The position numbers and the translations under genes were made by a program. The notes below the pieces were generated by a model. The model was not told where the DNA came from. It saw only the letters and a program-made list of their open reading frames with translations, and searched no databases. Below, in pieces: positions 1 to 13,083 of a stretch of DNA of 64,000 nt. The first letter of the stretch is position 1; every line of letters begins with the position of its first letter. The DNA is taken from positions 8,494,001-8,558,000 of the forward strand of contig JBHGNT010000021.1 in assembly GCA_043228905.1 (NCBI GenBank). Reading direction: 5' to 3'. This DNA comes from Azolla caroliniana (taxonomy: Eukaryota > Plantae > Polypodiophyta).

Positions 1-434
1 CCTCATCTTGTGTCTCCTTATGATCTTTTCGTTTAGACGTCATTCTGGTATAAAAAAAATGTAAAAGTAATGGGTGGAAGACTTAACCGAGCCTATGCGG
101 ACGTCGCATTGACATTGACATTTTGTTGGTTTGCATGTAGCACGCGACGAGCATGCTGAAAGAATCCACAAAAGAAGGCATGCACTCAAAGTGAAACACA
201 TACACCAACACGACAACCGATACCAGCCACACAATAGACAATAGCAAACGACGATGACACAACAACACGATAGCAAGCGGCAACAATAGACTTCAACACA
301 ACAAAAACACAGAGTTAGAGAAGCGGTGACAACAACACTGCGACAAATGGTGGCAACACGGCAACGACAGCAGGTGGCGGCGGCGACAACAACAACAACA
401 ACAGGTGACAACGGCAATAGGAGGCGGTAGCAAG

Positions 435-437
<3 letters not shown>

Positions 438-485
<48 letters not shown>
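438..485. repeat. (GA)n microsatellite next to a CAA/ACA-rich low-complexity tract
   Basis: Perfect GA dinucleotide run; the overlapping poly-SL and poly-C/V ORFs are by-products of the repeat. Confidence 0.95.
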
Positions 486-488
<3 letters not shown>

Positions 489-2467
489 GACAACCTGAGA
501 GAAGAAGCAAAAGAAGAGGAGAGTTTGTTTTTGCTGCGACAATCTCCATCGGTAACAAAAGTTTACACAGAGACAAGCATTGGAAAGACCTCAATCATAG
601 CTTCATAAGATAGATTGCAAATTTAAATTGGTGATATCGATAAGTTATAGAAATAGAAATAAAGAACCACGCGTTGTCAACATACACCTACTCAACATGC
701 GTTAAGGGGCTCTTAATGTCTTCATCATCATCGTTCTCTTCAATTGGGTGAGTTCTGGTTTTCTCTCTTATTCATGGAAAATCTATTTTTATCTTGGCGC
801 GATATGACATTAAGAATAGAGGACATGAATTGGACTTCCTCGCAATCTGTGGGGGACATAGAAATGGAAACAATTGCTCCAACAAAGAGCAATATTATGT
901 TTGAATGCAATCGCGCAAGGGAAGAATTGGGGAGCTCTAAGAGACTTAAGGGTACGGAGGAATTTAGTGAGAAGAATATGTCGAGTCTAAACAAGGGTCA
1001 CAAAGGTAATCATAATTGGGATAATTTATGGTGTATGGGGATTGCTAATACCTTGTACTTTGATATTGTGGAGAAAAATGAAAATGAAGCAAAAGAATGC
1101 ATTAATGAGGATGTGTATGATGTGGAAGTTGATGCTAAGGCAATTTTGTAGTCGTTTAATTATTCTATGATTGTGTGGTTATATTATTTTTTTACTAGAA
1201 ACTCCCATTCATAAATAGGATTAAATAATGGTTTGACACAATCGTATCACCAAATTGTCTTGAGAATATATATGCAATCCCACAAAGGTTCTATGATGTT
1301 CTATTCCGTTCCCCTGAACATCCAAGTATTGTTGGATCAAGTTGTCGTGTTCTTTGATCAAGGGTTGGTGTATGTAATGTAATGGTTCCCCGCAATGGGC
1401 TATCACGCTTTGTTGAAAAGCATGCAGTTTTATAGTCTATTCTACCATAGTTGATGAGTCAAATGGGTAAAGTATTGATATCCCCACATAAAAATGCTAC
1501 AAATAGATGCAAATTTTGTGTGTTATGGGATATAAAGTCTTAAGATGAAGGGTGTGTATAAGCACACCTAGTATGAGAAGACTTTGTTTTAAAATTGAAG
1601 TGGAAGACATTTGTAGGTCATTGCTTGAATGAGGTCCTATTATGGTGGAATGCAAACACCATTTTATGGAGGTGTTAATGAATGAAGTGGTAAGGAAGGA
1701 GTTGGGAGAAATGTTGGTATGCCAGATATTGTGGTTGGTATGGATGAAGGAATATTATATGTATTAGGTGACAAAGAGGCCTCACTTCAAAGTTTTGGGC
1801 CTAAGAATAAGGGAAATCAATCTATGGATATGGAAAATCAAAGTCTAGCGCTTATGAATAAGGGGAAAAAAAACAATTTGATACCCTAGTATCAATGCTG
1901 TGGTTGATAAAGATTGAAATAATGCAGAAGGCAAGTCGAAGGACAAATTAATGAATATGCAACGTAATAGTTTGCCACTACTCATGATACTACTTTGCAA
2001 GGGAGTTTAGGAACTTGAGAAGGAGTTTGGAAGTGATTACCCCTTCAACTTCAATTTGATTCAATGGGACGGGTTGTAAATGCTTCAAACCCTTGATTTC
2101 TTCATAAGGTGGTGTAGAAAACCCATATATAACATTGGAAATACTTTGACTAGTTTCTTGGCACTGGTTGCTTTGAAGGACTAAATGTATCCATATCATT
2201 ACTAATTGAATGAAAGTGGTAACATGAAATGTGACATGGGCATGTTCTCCTTAGAAGAAGTATATATTACAAGAAACTTTGTAAGTAGAGAATGAGATAT
2301 ATTATATGCACTTGAGCGTAAGTGTCATTGAGTTAGCAGATCGAATATTCCTTTACGTGGATATTAATCATTCTATGCAAGGCATCTTAGTAATCATTAT
2401 TCATGTGTGGTATTAATTGTGCGGGATAAATATTATCCTCAAGTTGTCCATAGTGATCACCAAGAGT

Positions 2468-2512
<45 letters not shown>

Positions 2513-2516
<4 letters not shown>

Positions 2517-2603
2517 CTATTATTGTCTTCGATGGTCAAAGATGACCTATGAGACCAAAAATATTACATTTCACAGATACATGTGAAAGTGAGTAGCAAC
2601 TCT
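2513..2603 (-). mobile_element. 5'-truncated copy of the 3' end of the RTEX-like LINE, abutting (GA)n at 2473-2514
   Basis: 'atgacctatgagaccaaaaatattacatttcac..gatac.tgtgaaagtgagtag' matches 11263-11320, the ORF2 stop and 3'UTR of the full-length LINE. Confidence 0.85.
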
Positions 2604-2642
2604 TGTAAGTTAAGTAGCTATTCTTGATTCAAGGATGGTTCA

Positions 2643-2720
2643 CAACAAACTATATTATTTTGGTGGATTGGCTAGGATATAGTCCGAGCGACCGTACTTG
2701 GGAACTGACTGAGAATGTTG
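2643..2720 (+). pseudogene. Chromodomain fragment of the Tcn1-like chromovirus family
   Basis: LVDWLGYSPSDRTWE matches the chromodomains in ORFs 29999-30757 (LVDWLGYTPSERTWE) and 59097-59369. Confidence 0.7.
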
Positions 2721-5700
2721 TAGAGAGAGAGAGAGAGATATTAAAGTTTTCTAAGACCAAATTTGGCCCATGGGCCATGAGAGAACACCAAACTAAAGGT
2801 TATAGCCACTTTGTAATTTTACCTTCGGAATTTTCCAAACGCAATGTCATTATTAGAAAGCTCATTCTTGTTTCTACGTATATATATGAGATTGGGCAAC
2901 TTTCTTTCCATTCATTTGGAAGCCTTCCCTAGTTGTATGATTAATAACAACATAGCTCAAGTTTAATATGTTTGTCGTTCATTAAGTAAGGTCTCCAATG
3001 ATAATCACCACTTCTTTGTACCTTATTTACATATTTAGGTGAAAGGGTGAAGTTTCGTTGTTTTCAATATAGGTTAGTTGCTCTTGTGGAATTTTGCAAA
3101 CCATGTTATATTTTTTAGTACTTTCTTATTTAGGGGACTCTTTTGTGAAATCCTAGTCTTTCTTGTAGTTTTTTTTTGGGATAATGACTTAGATTGTCAT
3201 TGTATAAACATATTCATGAGCTAGAGCTTTACTATCTCCGTTATATAAAGTAGTTCTAAACTACCTTGGTGTTGGGGTGTATGAGATAATGGGAGAATGA
3301 GAAACAAGTTCTTGTTTGATTGGCTCCATGAAATAGTAGAGCAAGTATGCATGTTGAAAGGAAAATTAATTTGGATTTTGAAGGATTTGAGCTTTGTAGA
3401 TGCCTTGTTCTTAGAGGAGTTCCCTTTATGTTGCTCTTATAGCCCCTCATAGGAGTTTGAGGAGAATGTTGCACAACATGTGTTGATGGAGAGGAGCTTT
3501 GCCTTGACATCAGCAAATGCAACATATTTGATTTGAGATAAATGTTTTCCTTGATCTCATGGCCCTACCATGTTTTGTTATGCATGATGGTTCATTTTAG
3601 CTTGTCATTTCACTTTATAGTGGGTAGGTTATGACTATATCAGGGTGTACCAACATGGGGTTTGGAAGCTAAGTTGTATGAAAGTAATGGTTCGGATGGT
3701 GGATAACGGGATGGGCTCCAACAAGTATTGATGTGTGTGGTTTTCAGGTCAATAAAGAAAATGATTTTGTTGTTAGGTGAAACATTTTTAGTATAACGTG
3801 TGAAGTGATATCTATCTACATACCTACCTATCTATATATATCTTTGTAACCTCCATGGGAACCGATTGCGATCCATGAGGTGGGGTTTAGCCCATTGGAG
3901 GATCGAACTTGGGATCTCACCAAAAGACTGATTACAAAGATAGATGGATTGATCGATCTTTTTAATGTCCACAAAAGACCGATTACAATCAATGAAATAG
4001 GGCCTAGACCTTGCGAGCATAATTACCAAAAATTCTATGAAGGGTTATGAATGACCATCCAATATGTTATAGACAACTACAATTTTGTCCATGTGTTCGC
4101 AATCTTTTCATGGATAGAAGGCCTTCCTAATATCCAAACTTGATTTACACTAGCTTCCTTGGATTTAACATTGGGGACACCTTGTTTTGCATGGGTCATA
4201 CTTCACTTGTGGGATTTATGTGTATGTGTCACAATATGTGCTAATAAATTGCAATTTGGTTAGGAATAAGGCAAACGTCTCCACTACGATTAAGTTGTGT
4301 GTGTTGTTAACTTTATATGTTGATTAGAAACAAGGAATATACAAATTGAAACTTTTTCACATTTAACTATTGCTCCTACATCCAACCATGTAATGCCAAT
4401 ACATATAATTTTTCAACATATATATTTATATACAGTTTAAATTATACACATGTACTTTATTTAATTCCTAACGAAATATATGTACGCTTGTCTAAATTTT
4501 AAATGGCACATTCTCAAACATGAAAGAATAGACATATGATGATGCATTGCTGAGGTCCTCGGGCCTTATAGTGCTTACAATATTGCCAATCTATAATGAC
4601 GTGTGACGTTGACTTTATGATTCTAGCATTCATTGATAGGATTGCAATACTTTTCAACCAAATTTAGAAGACATCAAAGCAAAGATTACATTTCTACTTA
4701 GGCACATGAAAATCACAGATAGTTTAAAAATTAAGAGAGGAAAGGCCTATGGGCATAATGGTTGACCTAGTTGTAAGATGTGCTAAAAAAGGAGATTGAA
4801 CCATGTCTAGTTTTTGACCATTGATCATCCAATGCATCAATCTCATAGAGCTCCTTAAATTTGGACAAAAACATCGTTGCCCCCATAGGCATATTATGCA
4901 TTATGTACTTAACGCAAACACCATGTTATAAAAAATGCACGAGACACATATTGTCCCCCTCCATTAGCAAAGGAGAATCTTGTAGTAGAAGTTTATGGGT
5001 GCCATGGATCATTTTATTGTGATATTGACAACAATACATCATCATCTCGCTCCCTAATCTATACATGTAAACGCATATGTGAAAATCTTGAATACTTATG
5101 TCATATATGACGACCCAACTTTGAAAAAGAAATATCTTTTTGTTTATTAAATATTCTTGGCTATCTAGAGACAAAACAAAAAATTATTATAAAGCCTACA
5201 TTATCTTGAGAAGCGTCAATAACAAAATGGCATTTTTGTTTCCCTTACATAAAGTGAATACATTTATTTTGACGTGTTTTCTCGATCAATTTTAATTATG
5301 ATAAAATATATTTGAATATTTAAACAATAAGTGAGTGTAGGGCTCTATATTGAAGCATGGGGATACAAATTATTAAGACAAGAAAGATGATTGTATTAGA
5401 TGGATGGGTTGAGGATTGCTCGAATGGATAGGCTTGCCGTTGCATCACCTTCTCGTATTCAATAGACTAGCTTTTCTTGATGAAACACTTATCTTTGAAC
5501 CTAACTCCATGTCATCTACAAAAATAATTCACATGTATACGAAAAACCCAATGATACAACAAAAAGTGCAGGTTATTTGTCTTTATATAGAACAATGGAA
5601 CCATTTTTGTACAATAAAGCACATATAAAATGATGGTTTTCAAGCGTGAAGTAACTATTTTACATAATAAAGAGAAATTGATAGAAAAAAATGTATGCTT

Positions 5701-7447
5701 CAAAAAGGGGACAAGGAATAAGATGTTAGATGATTAACATTTTCTTATGAGATTATTATATAGTTTAATCTCATTAAACATCAACCTCGACTTCGAATCA
5801 TTGTGGGTTTTGTCAAAGAGATAAATATTTTTAAGTTGCAAATGGTTCATGTTTTAGTTGTAGCACAACTTGACCATTGCGAAACAAATTTGGCATCATA
5901 CTTGAACCAATTGTTTTTGAGTAAGTAAAGTTGTGCTTAGGATACATCTTTTCACAAAATTGATTGAAAATTTGCGTTATAAATTAACAAACATTAGACA
6001 TGGTAGTCTTAAGTACTTTTTTAAATGATTTATCATGCATCTATGATACATTATGATAGTGACTATCCCTTTTTGACGTAATCAATGATTTAAACTAACA
6101 ATATATGACACTCTTTAAGTGTTTTCTTTTTTTAAGTTATTTACCATGCATGCATGTATGGAATGCATTATGATAGTAACTATCACTATTTGAAGTAATC
6201 AATGAGCAAATATCATAGGTATGTTGTTCAACGTCATACATATACTTGTTTATAGAAAAAGTTTTTAACAACGTCATACATATTAAAGAGATTGCATGCC
6301 CTTGTCATGTCATACAAGACAAAAAGTAACCTAATGGTAATACTACTGATCATGTAACTTGAAGCCAATGACTCATGCCATTGATTGTGTCAATATCTAT
6401 TATAAAATATTAGTATATTAGTGTAAGTCATCGTCCTATATTAAGTGCAAATAAGAATTTCTTTCATATAATTTGCAACACATGATAGAGTTTCTTTAAA
6501 ATATGTCTTTAATGTAAGTGATCTTAGCTAAAAGGAGAATGAATGTTGGATTTGTAAATTGTAACAATGCATGCATTAAATGTCTATTATGTGTGAAGCA
6601 CATGATTATATGGGTGATTATGAAGGGGTTGTAGGAGTCTCCTAATGGTTGATGACTTTCTTTACTAAAGTTGGTGACAATGAGGTAGTTCTATGAAATG
6701 GCTTAGTGTGATTTCTTAGAGATGAGGAAGAGGACAATTAGACAAGATGACCTAAATACTGCACATGCTAAGCATTCCATCCCTTGTTCAAAACCTTGTT
6801 TTCATGGCTTTCTTTGTCTTCAAACATTATCGATTTGTACAATATATTAGAGTCTCACATCCCAACATATCGAGTGAATACTTTAAAGCACCAAATGCTT
6901 TTTAAAACCAAGTTATTCTCTTTCTTAAGAAGTTCACATACATATATACAACACATATGGTGGTAATACATGAAAGGGCATACAATTACATTTACCTTGT
7001 CATTAACAAGAAACCTCCAATACTTTTGACAACTTTAATTTATTGATGGGACCTTTTGGTCATGCTAATATTAGGATTAGGAAGAAGACAAGGTATTAGT
7101 AGTTTCGAGTTGTCATACTCTATAAAAATTCAATATCTAAATATCTAACACGACTTATGTTGACCATGATTTGACAAATATATACATGGCTAGAAGGCCA
7201 TAATGTATAAAAAAGGATATACAATATAGGTAAGATGAATATGTTTAAGTAGTTGTGGAACGAAACTAAGATGATAGCCACTAGTGTTAGTAACCCAACA
7301 TTTATGTACTTAATGCTATATGATAGGATAACAACCTACCAAACATGCCAAAGCTACTTGAAGGGCACATCATGCAAAAGAGAAATATATGCAAAAGAAT
7401 AAGAATAATCATATGAATGATCAATTTCTACACTCAATGAGTAATAC

Positions 7448-7929
7448 TGATCCGAATCGCTGTCTGGATAGGCATTCATAAAAAGCCATGTATGTAAATA
7501 GGTTTTGTGTTGCGCTTATTTAGGTCAGATTTGTAAATAGCCTTAAAGTTATATCATAGTTATATCAGTATAAATATAACTAGGGCAAAACACTAATGAT
7601 GATAGATATATAGTTATAGTTGGTAGTTGCCTTTGTAGCTGTGAGTGTGTAGGAGAGTGAGAGCGTATAGTAACTCTGTTGTAACCGTCGTATAACGAAG
7701 AAGTCAAGGTAGTTGCCTTAGAGTTTCTTAGTTGTATTTCTCTTGCATATAGTGATATTCTTGGAGTCTGTGGACTCCCGTGGTTTTTCTCTATTAGGGT
7801 TTTCCATGTAAAAATACTTGTGTCTCTATACTTTTGTTTTCCACCGTCTCTGTGATTTCTGTCTGTTCAATCTTTGCACCTGCATTCGAATAAGTGCAGA
7901 CTAGTTGTGGCCGGTTAGAGATCCTCTCA
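7448..7929 (+). mobile_element. Copia-type LTR, left boundary uncertain
   Basis: TATA-like 'agtataaatat' at ~7567, motif 'ccgtggtttttc...gggttttcca.gtaaa' shared with the Copia LTR at 27500-28126, and a ...ctctCA end. No TSD found. Confidence 0.5.
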
Positions 7930-9280
7930 TACTTGTATCGGTAGACCCACTTACAGGGTAGCGGCTTCCTTCCGGCGGGTATTTTGACCAGCTCCCATAT
8001 GGTATTTTCCTTGATCGAGTCCATCTCAGATCGCATGGCTTCTAGCCATGTGTCGGTGTCTGGTGCAACTATAGCTTCCTCGTAGGAGGTTGGTTCGCCT
8101 ACATCCACGTAATTGACGTAGTCAAGGCCCAGTTGATAAAACTCTGTTGGCCTTCAAACTCGTCTAGATCTCCTTGGTGTCGATATTATCCGTTTAGATT
8201 CTTCAATCGGCATGTGGCCGATCAACATTCTTTGAACCATTGTCACAAGGAGTCCGTTGAGTTGATCTGCTATGCCAATTGTCACACGTATGTGTCAGAT
8301 TATCCTCTTCCTCGAGAGTGATTGACTGGTGTATGGATGCCTTGGCTAGTTCAGATCGGTCATTCGGCATCTTGGCCACTTTGGCTTTGTCAATTGTGTA
8401 GCCAATTCAGAGTCGGCTACTGAACCATTTGCTTATATAGATTCGACAGGGGGTTTGTTGGCTGAGTTAGCTTCGACAGTTTGCCAAATGGATGATTCGG
8501 ATTCAATGATCAACGTGTCTACTTCTGATTCTTTCTCAAAAAGGTTGAAGGTGACCTTTTTGCCAATTGCTAGTTGGGATCGGCTGAACAGGATTGAATC
8601 TTCATTGAAGACTACATCAGTGCTTCAGATCAGTTTTCAGTTTTCTAGATCCCATAACATGTATCTGAATTCCCCATTAGTTCCATAGCCAAGAAAAGTA
8701 CACTTTATCGAATGGGGTGCTAGCTTGGTCCTTTTCTCCCTTGGAATGAATGCATAGGCTTCACATCCAAATGTACGGAGCCTATCGTAGGTCGATTGTT
8801 TTCCTGAATAAAGTGCCTGTAGCACTTGGAGCCGGATTGTTCGTGACGACGATAGATTGATCAAGTAGATTGTTGTCTGCAACACCTCAACCCAAAATTC
8901 CAGCTTTAGTTTGGATTGCTAGAGCATTGCCATCACTTTTTCTTGGATTGTTCGGTTCATCCGTTCCGGCACACCATTTTGCATGGGGGTATATGGAACA
9001 GTCTTTTGGTGCCAGATCCCTTTGTCGGTCAGGTACAGTTTGAAGGCTTAGGAGGTGTATTCACCTCCATTGTCGGACTAGATTGTCTTCACCCGGTGTC
9101 TGGAATAGTTCTCCACTTCAACTATCCATCGAGTGAAGACCACAATCGCTTCATCTTTGGACTTAATCGAGTAAGCCCACACTTTCCGTGTACATATTCT
9201 ACAAATGTTATGAAGTACTAAGAACCTCCTAGCAATATTTTGAGCATCAACCCACATATGTCTGTGTGTACTAGGTGGAA
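7930..9280 (-). pseudogene. Degenerate Ty1/copia integrase to RT-start fragment
   Basis: HLVHTDICG, RTFGCEAY..KRTKL..KCTFLGYG, EPTSYEEA..WLEAMRSEMDSI..WELV..CKWVY; split by stops and frameshifts. Confidence 0.85.
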
Positions 9281-9639
9281 GCACGCTATACTGTACCAAC
9301 TTTTGGCCAAAAATTTAGTACTAAATCAAGGAAGAAAATAAACATTAAAAATTGAAAATAAAACAATTACTGCAAAAAATAGTGGATCATCATCCATTGA
9401 ACGAGGTTCAAATTCAAATAACAAATTCAAATGTAAGAACTATACGAATGTACAAGGATATTATAGCTCACAGTCAAAGTGTCCTGATTGAATTTAATAC
9501 ATTAATTATAACTTCATTCTCCTAGGTAGAGTTGTGTGGAAGCCAAGCTGGAGAAGATCTCGAACGTTGTCGTGAAAATCCGTCACTATGAGCAGATCGT
9601 GAGGCGGAACTGCTGGGGTTATGGACGAGAAGGAAATAG

Positions 9640-10660
9640 GGCTCACATGCACAACACAAGGAAGTTTTACACAAACAAGGCATGAGTATTCGAACACGTT
9701 TGTGAAAAGGAGAGGTGCATGGGCAAGCCCGAATCAACCCCTAGTCACAAGGCGAACGAATGCACGTGAGAAAGGCTTACACATGGACACACAAGGAAAA
9801 CACTTACTTACACACACGAGAGACAAAGTTTCGAACGCGTTTGTGAAAAGGAGATGTGCATGGGCAAGCCCGAATCAACCCCTAGTCACAAGGTGAATGA
9901 ATGCATGTGAGAAAGGCTTACACACAGACACACAAGGAAAAGGCTTACTTACACACACGAGAGACAAAGTTTCGAATGCGTTTGTGAAAAGGAGAGGTGC
10001 ATGGGCAAGCCCAAATCAATCCCTAGTCACAAGGTGAACGAATGCACGTGAGAAAGGCTTACACATGGACACACAAGGAAAAGGCTACATACACACACGA
10101 GAGACAATGTTTCGAATGCCTTTGTGAAAGGAGTAGTGCATGGGCAAGCCTGAACACTCCCTTGTTACAAGACACACGAACACACAAGCAAGGTTTACAC
10201 ACGGGAGACACAATTTTGAATGCCTTTGTGAAAGGAGAGGTGCATGGGAAAGCACGAATGCTCCCTTGCCACAAGTCTCAGGATCACACAAGCAAGATTT
10301 ACACTAACACGAAAGACATGAAAGATTGAATGCCTTTGTGAAAGGAGAGGTGCATGGGCAAGCCCGAAACGCTCCCTTGTCACAAGACACACAAATAGAT
10401 AAGCACAAATTACAATAACATATAAGACACGTAAGTTTGAATGCCTTTGTGAAAGGAGAGGTGCATGGGCAAAGCCCAAAACGCTCCCTTGTCATAAGAC
10501 ACAAACAAAAAAGCACAAATGATGATAACATATAAGATACGTAAGTTTGAATGCCTTTGTGAAAGGAGGGGTGCATGGGCTAGCCCGAAATGCTCCCTTG
10601 TCACAAGACACACAAACAAATAAGCACAAATGACAATAACATATAAGATACGTAGGTCAA
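9640..10660. repeat. Tandem satellite, about 8-9 units with core 'gaatgcctttgtgaaaggagaggtgcatgggcaagcccgaa'
   Basis: Core recurs at about 9699, 9840, 9981, 10120, 10225, 10335, 10446 and 10556; period ~140 bp, then ~105-111 bp. Confidence 0.9.
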
Positions 10661-10959
10661 ACCAAACATTAGTTTTGTTAGGAAACAGATCCCTCCGGAT
10701 GGGATAGGAGTACCCGGTGAGAACCAGATGACGAGTGCCCGGCAAGAGCCGGATGGTGAAGACCCGGTGGGCTAGCCTGAAACGCTCCCTTGTCACAAGA
10801 CACACAAACAAATAAGCACAAATGACAATAACATATAAGATACGTAGGTCAAACCAAACATTAGTTTTGTTAGGAAACAGATCCCTCCAGATGGGATAGG
10901 AGTACCTGGTGAGAATCGGATGACGAGTACCCGGCAATAGCCGGATGGTGAAGACCCGG
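10576..10959. repeat. 192-bp tandem duplication spanning the satellite/Copia-LTR junction
   Basis: 'tgggctagcc' at 10576 and 10768; LTR start TGTTAGGAAACAG at 10676 and 10868. Confidence 0.9.
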
Positions 10960-11182
10960 TGAGAACCGGATGACGAGTGCCCGGCAAGAGCCGGATGATG
11001 CAGGCCTGGTGAGGAGTGCTCACCGGATGAAGGGACATATTCGTAAATATGTTTCTGAGAGTCCATTGGGAATATATTTGTAAATAGCCGAAAAGTCATA
11101 TTAGTATAAATATGACTTAGGGAAAATTTAGAGTGAGAGGTGTGTGATTATCGTTGTTGCGATAATTCTGTGCGTAACTGTG

Positions 11183-11215
<33 letters not shown>
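10868..11215 (+). repeat. Copia 5' LTR, left part (up to the GA tract)
   Basis: Colinear with 27500-~27850 of the 3' LTR. Confidence 0.92.
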
Positions 11216-11220
<5 letters not shown>

Positions 11221-11292
11221 TAGATAGATAGATAGATTATATTATCGTCTTCGGAGATCAAATATGACCTATGAGACCAAAAATATTACATT

Positions 11293-12261
11293 TCACGTGA
11301 TACGTGTGAAAGTGAGTAGTGACTCTCGATGTTCAAGAACTTTACCAATGAATGTTGCAATCGAGAGTGCACATTGTGGTTGTGAGAGGAATTCATGCAA
11401 AGATTGGGCTCGATTGAAGAGATGTGGAAAGCATGGTCGAATATGATCAAAGGCAGAGCATTGTATCAAAGTGTGATACTCAGACTCGCGAACTTGTTTA
11501 GGGCAAAGTGTGCATAGCCGACCACTCTCATCACTTGTACCCCAACGCCCTGTTTCACATCGCAATGCATGTGAGCTAAGTCGCATGGAAGCAATGGTTC
11601 GAATGGCAGATAACGGTATGGGCTCTAACATGTATGGATGTGTACGATTTCCCCGTTCCGCAAAGAATATGGTTTTGTAGTTAGGTGCAACATGTGTAGT
11701 ATAATGTGTGAAGCGTGAGCCTCCACATTTGTCCCATGTCATGATACATTGGCGTTGCAAAAATGCCTCATTTACAGAGGAATCTAATGATGCATCATGA
11801 AGCAAGTGTCTCGCATCCCATCTACCAAACCATTTTTCTATATCTTGCATCCAACCGGAACACAAAATTTTGCTTTTATGCGTCTTTTGGATCTTTTTGC
11901 TTGCTTCCCACGCAATTCTAGGAAGTCGATGTGAGGGACTTTTTTGAACCTTAAGCATGTATTCAACAACCCTTTCCATGGCCATGATCTCAATGGGAAG
12001 CGATCCCGTCTCAAGGAGGAGGAGGGTGTAGGGCGTTTGTTTCTTAACTTGTAGAAACTTGGTAAGAAAATGCTTTTGGACATTTTCAAACTCTTTCCAC
12101 ATAGACTTAGGGATGCTACCGCCCCATACTTCCACCCCATAGAGAAGAACTGGTGTCACCAAAGTGTCAAAAAGATATTTCTTGAGGACCCAACACTTAA
12201 TATCTCCAAGATTGCATGTGTTCTCAAATGCATAGTATGCTCGTTTGCCCGCCTCTAAGCG
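11293..12261 (-). CDS. LINE ORF2, 3' part with C-terminal zinc-finger-like domain
   Basis: Removing 12262-19592 gives in-frame ...WNECATR|RLEAGKRAYYAFENTC...LFDTLVTPVLLYG...; reconstructed ORF about 1124 aa with no stop. Confidence 0.9.
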   Translation of the reverse strand, partial: RLEAGKRAYYAFENTCNLGDIKCWVLKKYLFDTLVTPVLLYGVEVWGGSIPKSMWKEFENVQKHFLTKFLQVKKQTPYTLLLLETGSLPIEIMAMERVVEYMLKVQKSPSHRLPRIAWEASKKIQKTHKSKILCSGWMQDIEKWFGRWDARHLLHDASLDSSVNEAFLQRQCIMTWDKCGGSRFTHYTTHVAPNYKTIFFAERGNRTHPYMLEPIPLSAIRTIASMRLSSHALRCETGRWGTSDESGRLCTLCPKQVRESEYHTLIQCSAFDHIRPCFPHLFNRAQSLHEFLSQPQCALSIATFIGKVLEHRESLLTFTRIT

Positions 12262-12265
12262 GCGT

Positions 12266-13083
12266 TGTCGTGCCTTTCGGCTCCGGATCGTTGCGTGAGT
12301 CGGGTGGGAACCACAGAGGTCTTGGACTAGGAGAAAGAAGTTCGTGAGATAGAGATTAATTATGAGTAAATAGCAAAGAGAAAGATAAGAAACTCGTGAA
12401 TCACGCGAGTATACTATATTAATTGGTACTTAGGGTGTTAAGAGAGAAGTAGACGTATAAATCGTGAATCCCACGAATAATTTTTGTATTGATTAATTCT
12501 TAATCCAAATAATCAACAACCCTTTACATATTTCTCTCCTCCTTATATAAGGGAGGAAGAGCTAAGCATGGCTTCATGCTTTTTTTTTTTTTTTTTTTTT
12601 ACAAAAAGTGTTCATGTCCACTAAATGTGCATGTGATGCTTTTTTATTTCCTAAGTATAGGGCTCATGCACGCTAGATGTGCATGAGTTATTTTTAGTGT
12701 CTCGTGTTTTTCTTTTTCATATATTAAAAAAATACACGATTTACCTTTTAATAAAGGTATGCATAAATAAAGGTCTTATACGTATTAAATCTATATTTAA
12801 AACACTTAAGATAAGTTAATGTAATGGTAAGGTTGGGGCTTGTCAACGTGGAGGTGCAGAGTTTGAATCACGCCCTGCGCAGTAGTGAGTATTTCCTTTC
12901 ATTTTACATTTATGTCTCTTTATCCGGCTCTTCCTTGCCGGTATGCCGTTTTCTTCCTTGCCGGTATGCCGTTTTCCTCCTTGCCGGTATGCCGTTTTCT
13001 TCCGGTTCTCACCGAGCACTCCATTCTCTATCCGGAGGGACAAAAATATAATTTCCACATAGTGTGCAACCTACACTACGACA
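12266..13083 (-). repeat. G1 3' LTR with three copies of a 22-bp repeat
   Basis: TG..CA ends; direct repeat of 18751-19592; TATA in 'ccttatataagg' at 12541. Confidence 0.95.
12817..12869 (+). promoter_or_regulatory. tRNA-like A-box/B-box module in G1 3' LTR, antisense to the element
   Basis: TAATGTAATGG at 12817 and GTTTGAATC at 12861; 44-nt spacing as in tRNA T8 to G53. Confidence 0.5.

Noticed and set aside
40-594. 184-aa and overlapping ORFs
   Set aside because: Translations of (GA)n and CAA-rich low-complexity DNA.
744-7400. Short ORFs in the AT-rich left region
   Set aside because: No recognisable motifs apart from the two small fragments annotated; probably decayed repeats.
9640-10660. 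CRISPR-like pattern of conserved core plus variable linker
   Set aside because: Linkers are homologous to each other, the context is eukaryotic and there are no cas genes; it is a satellite.
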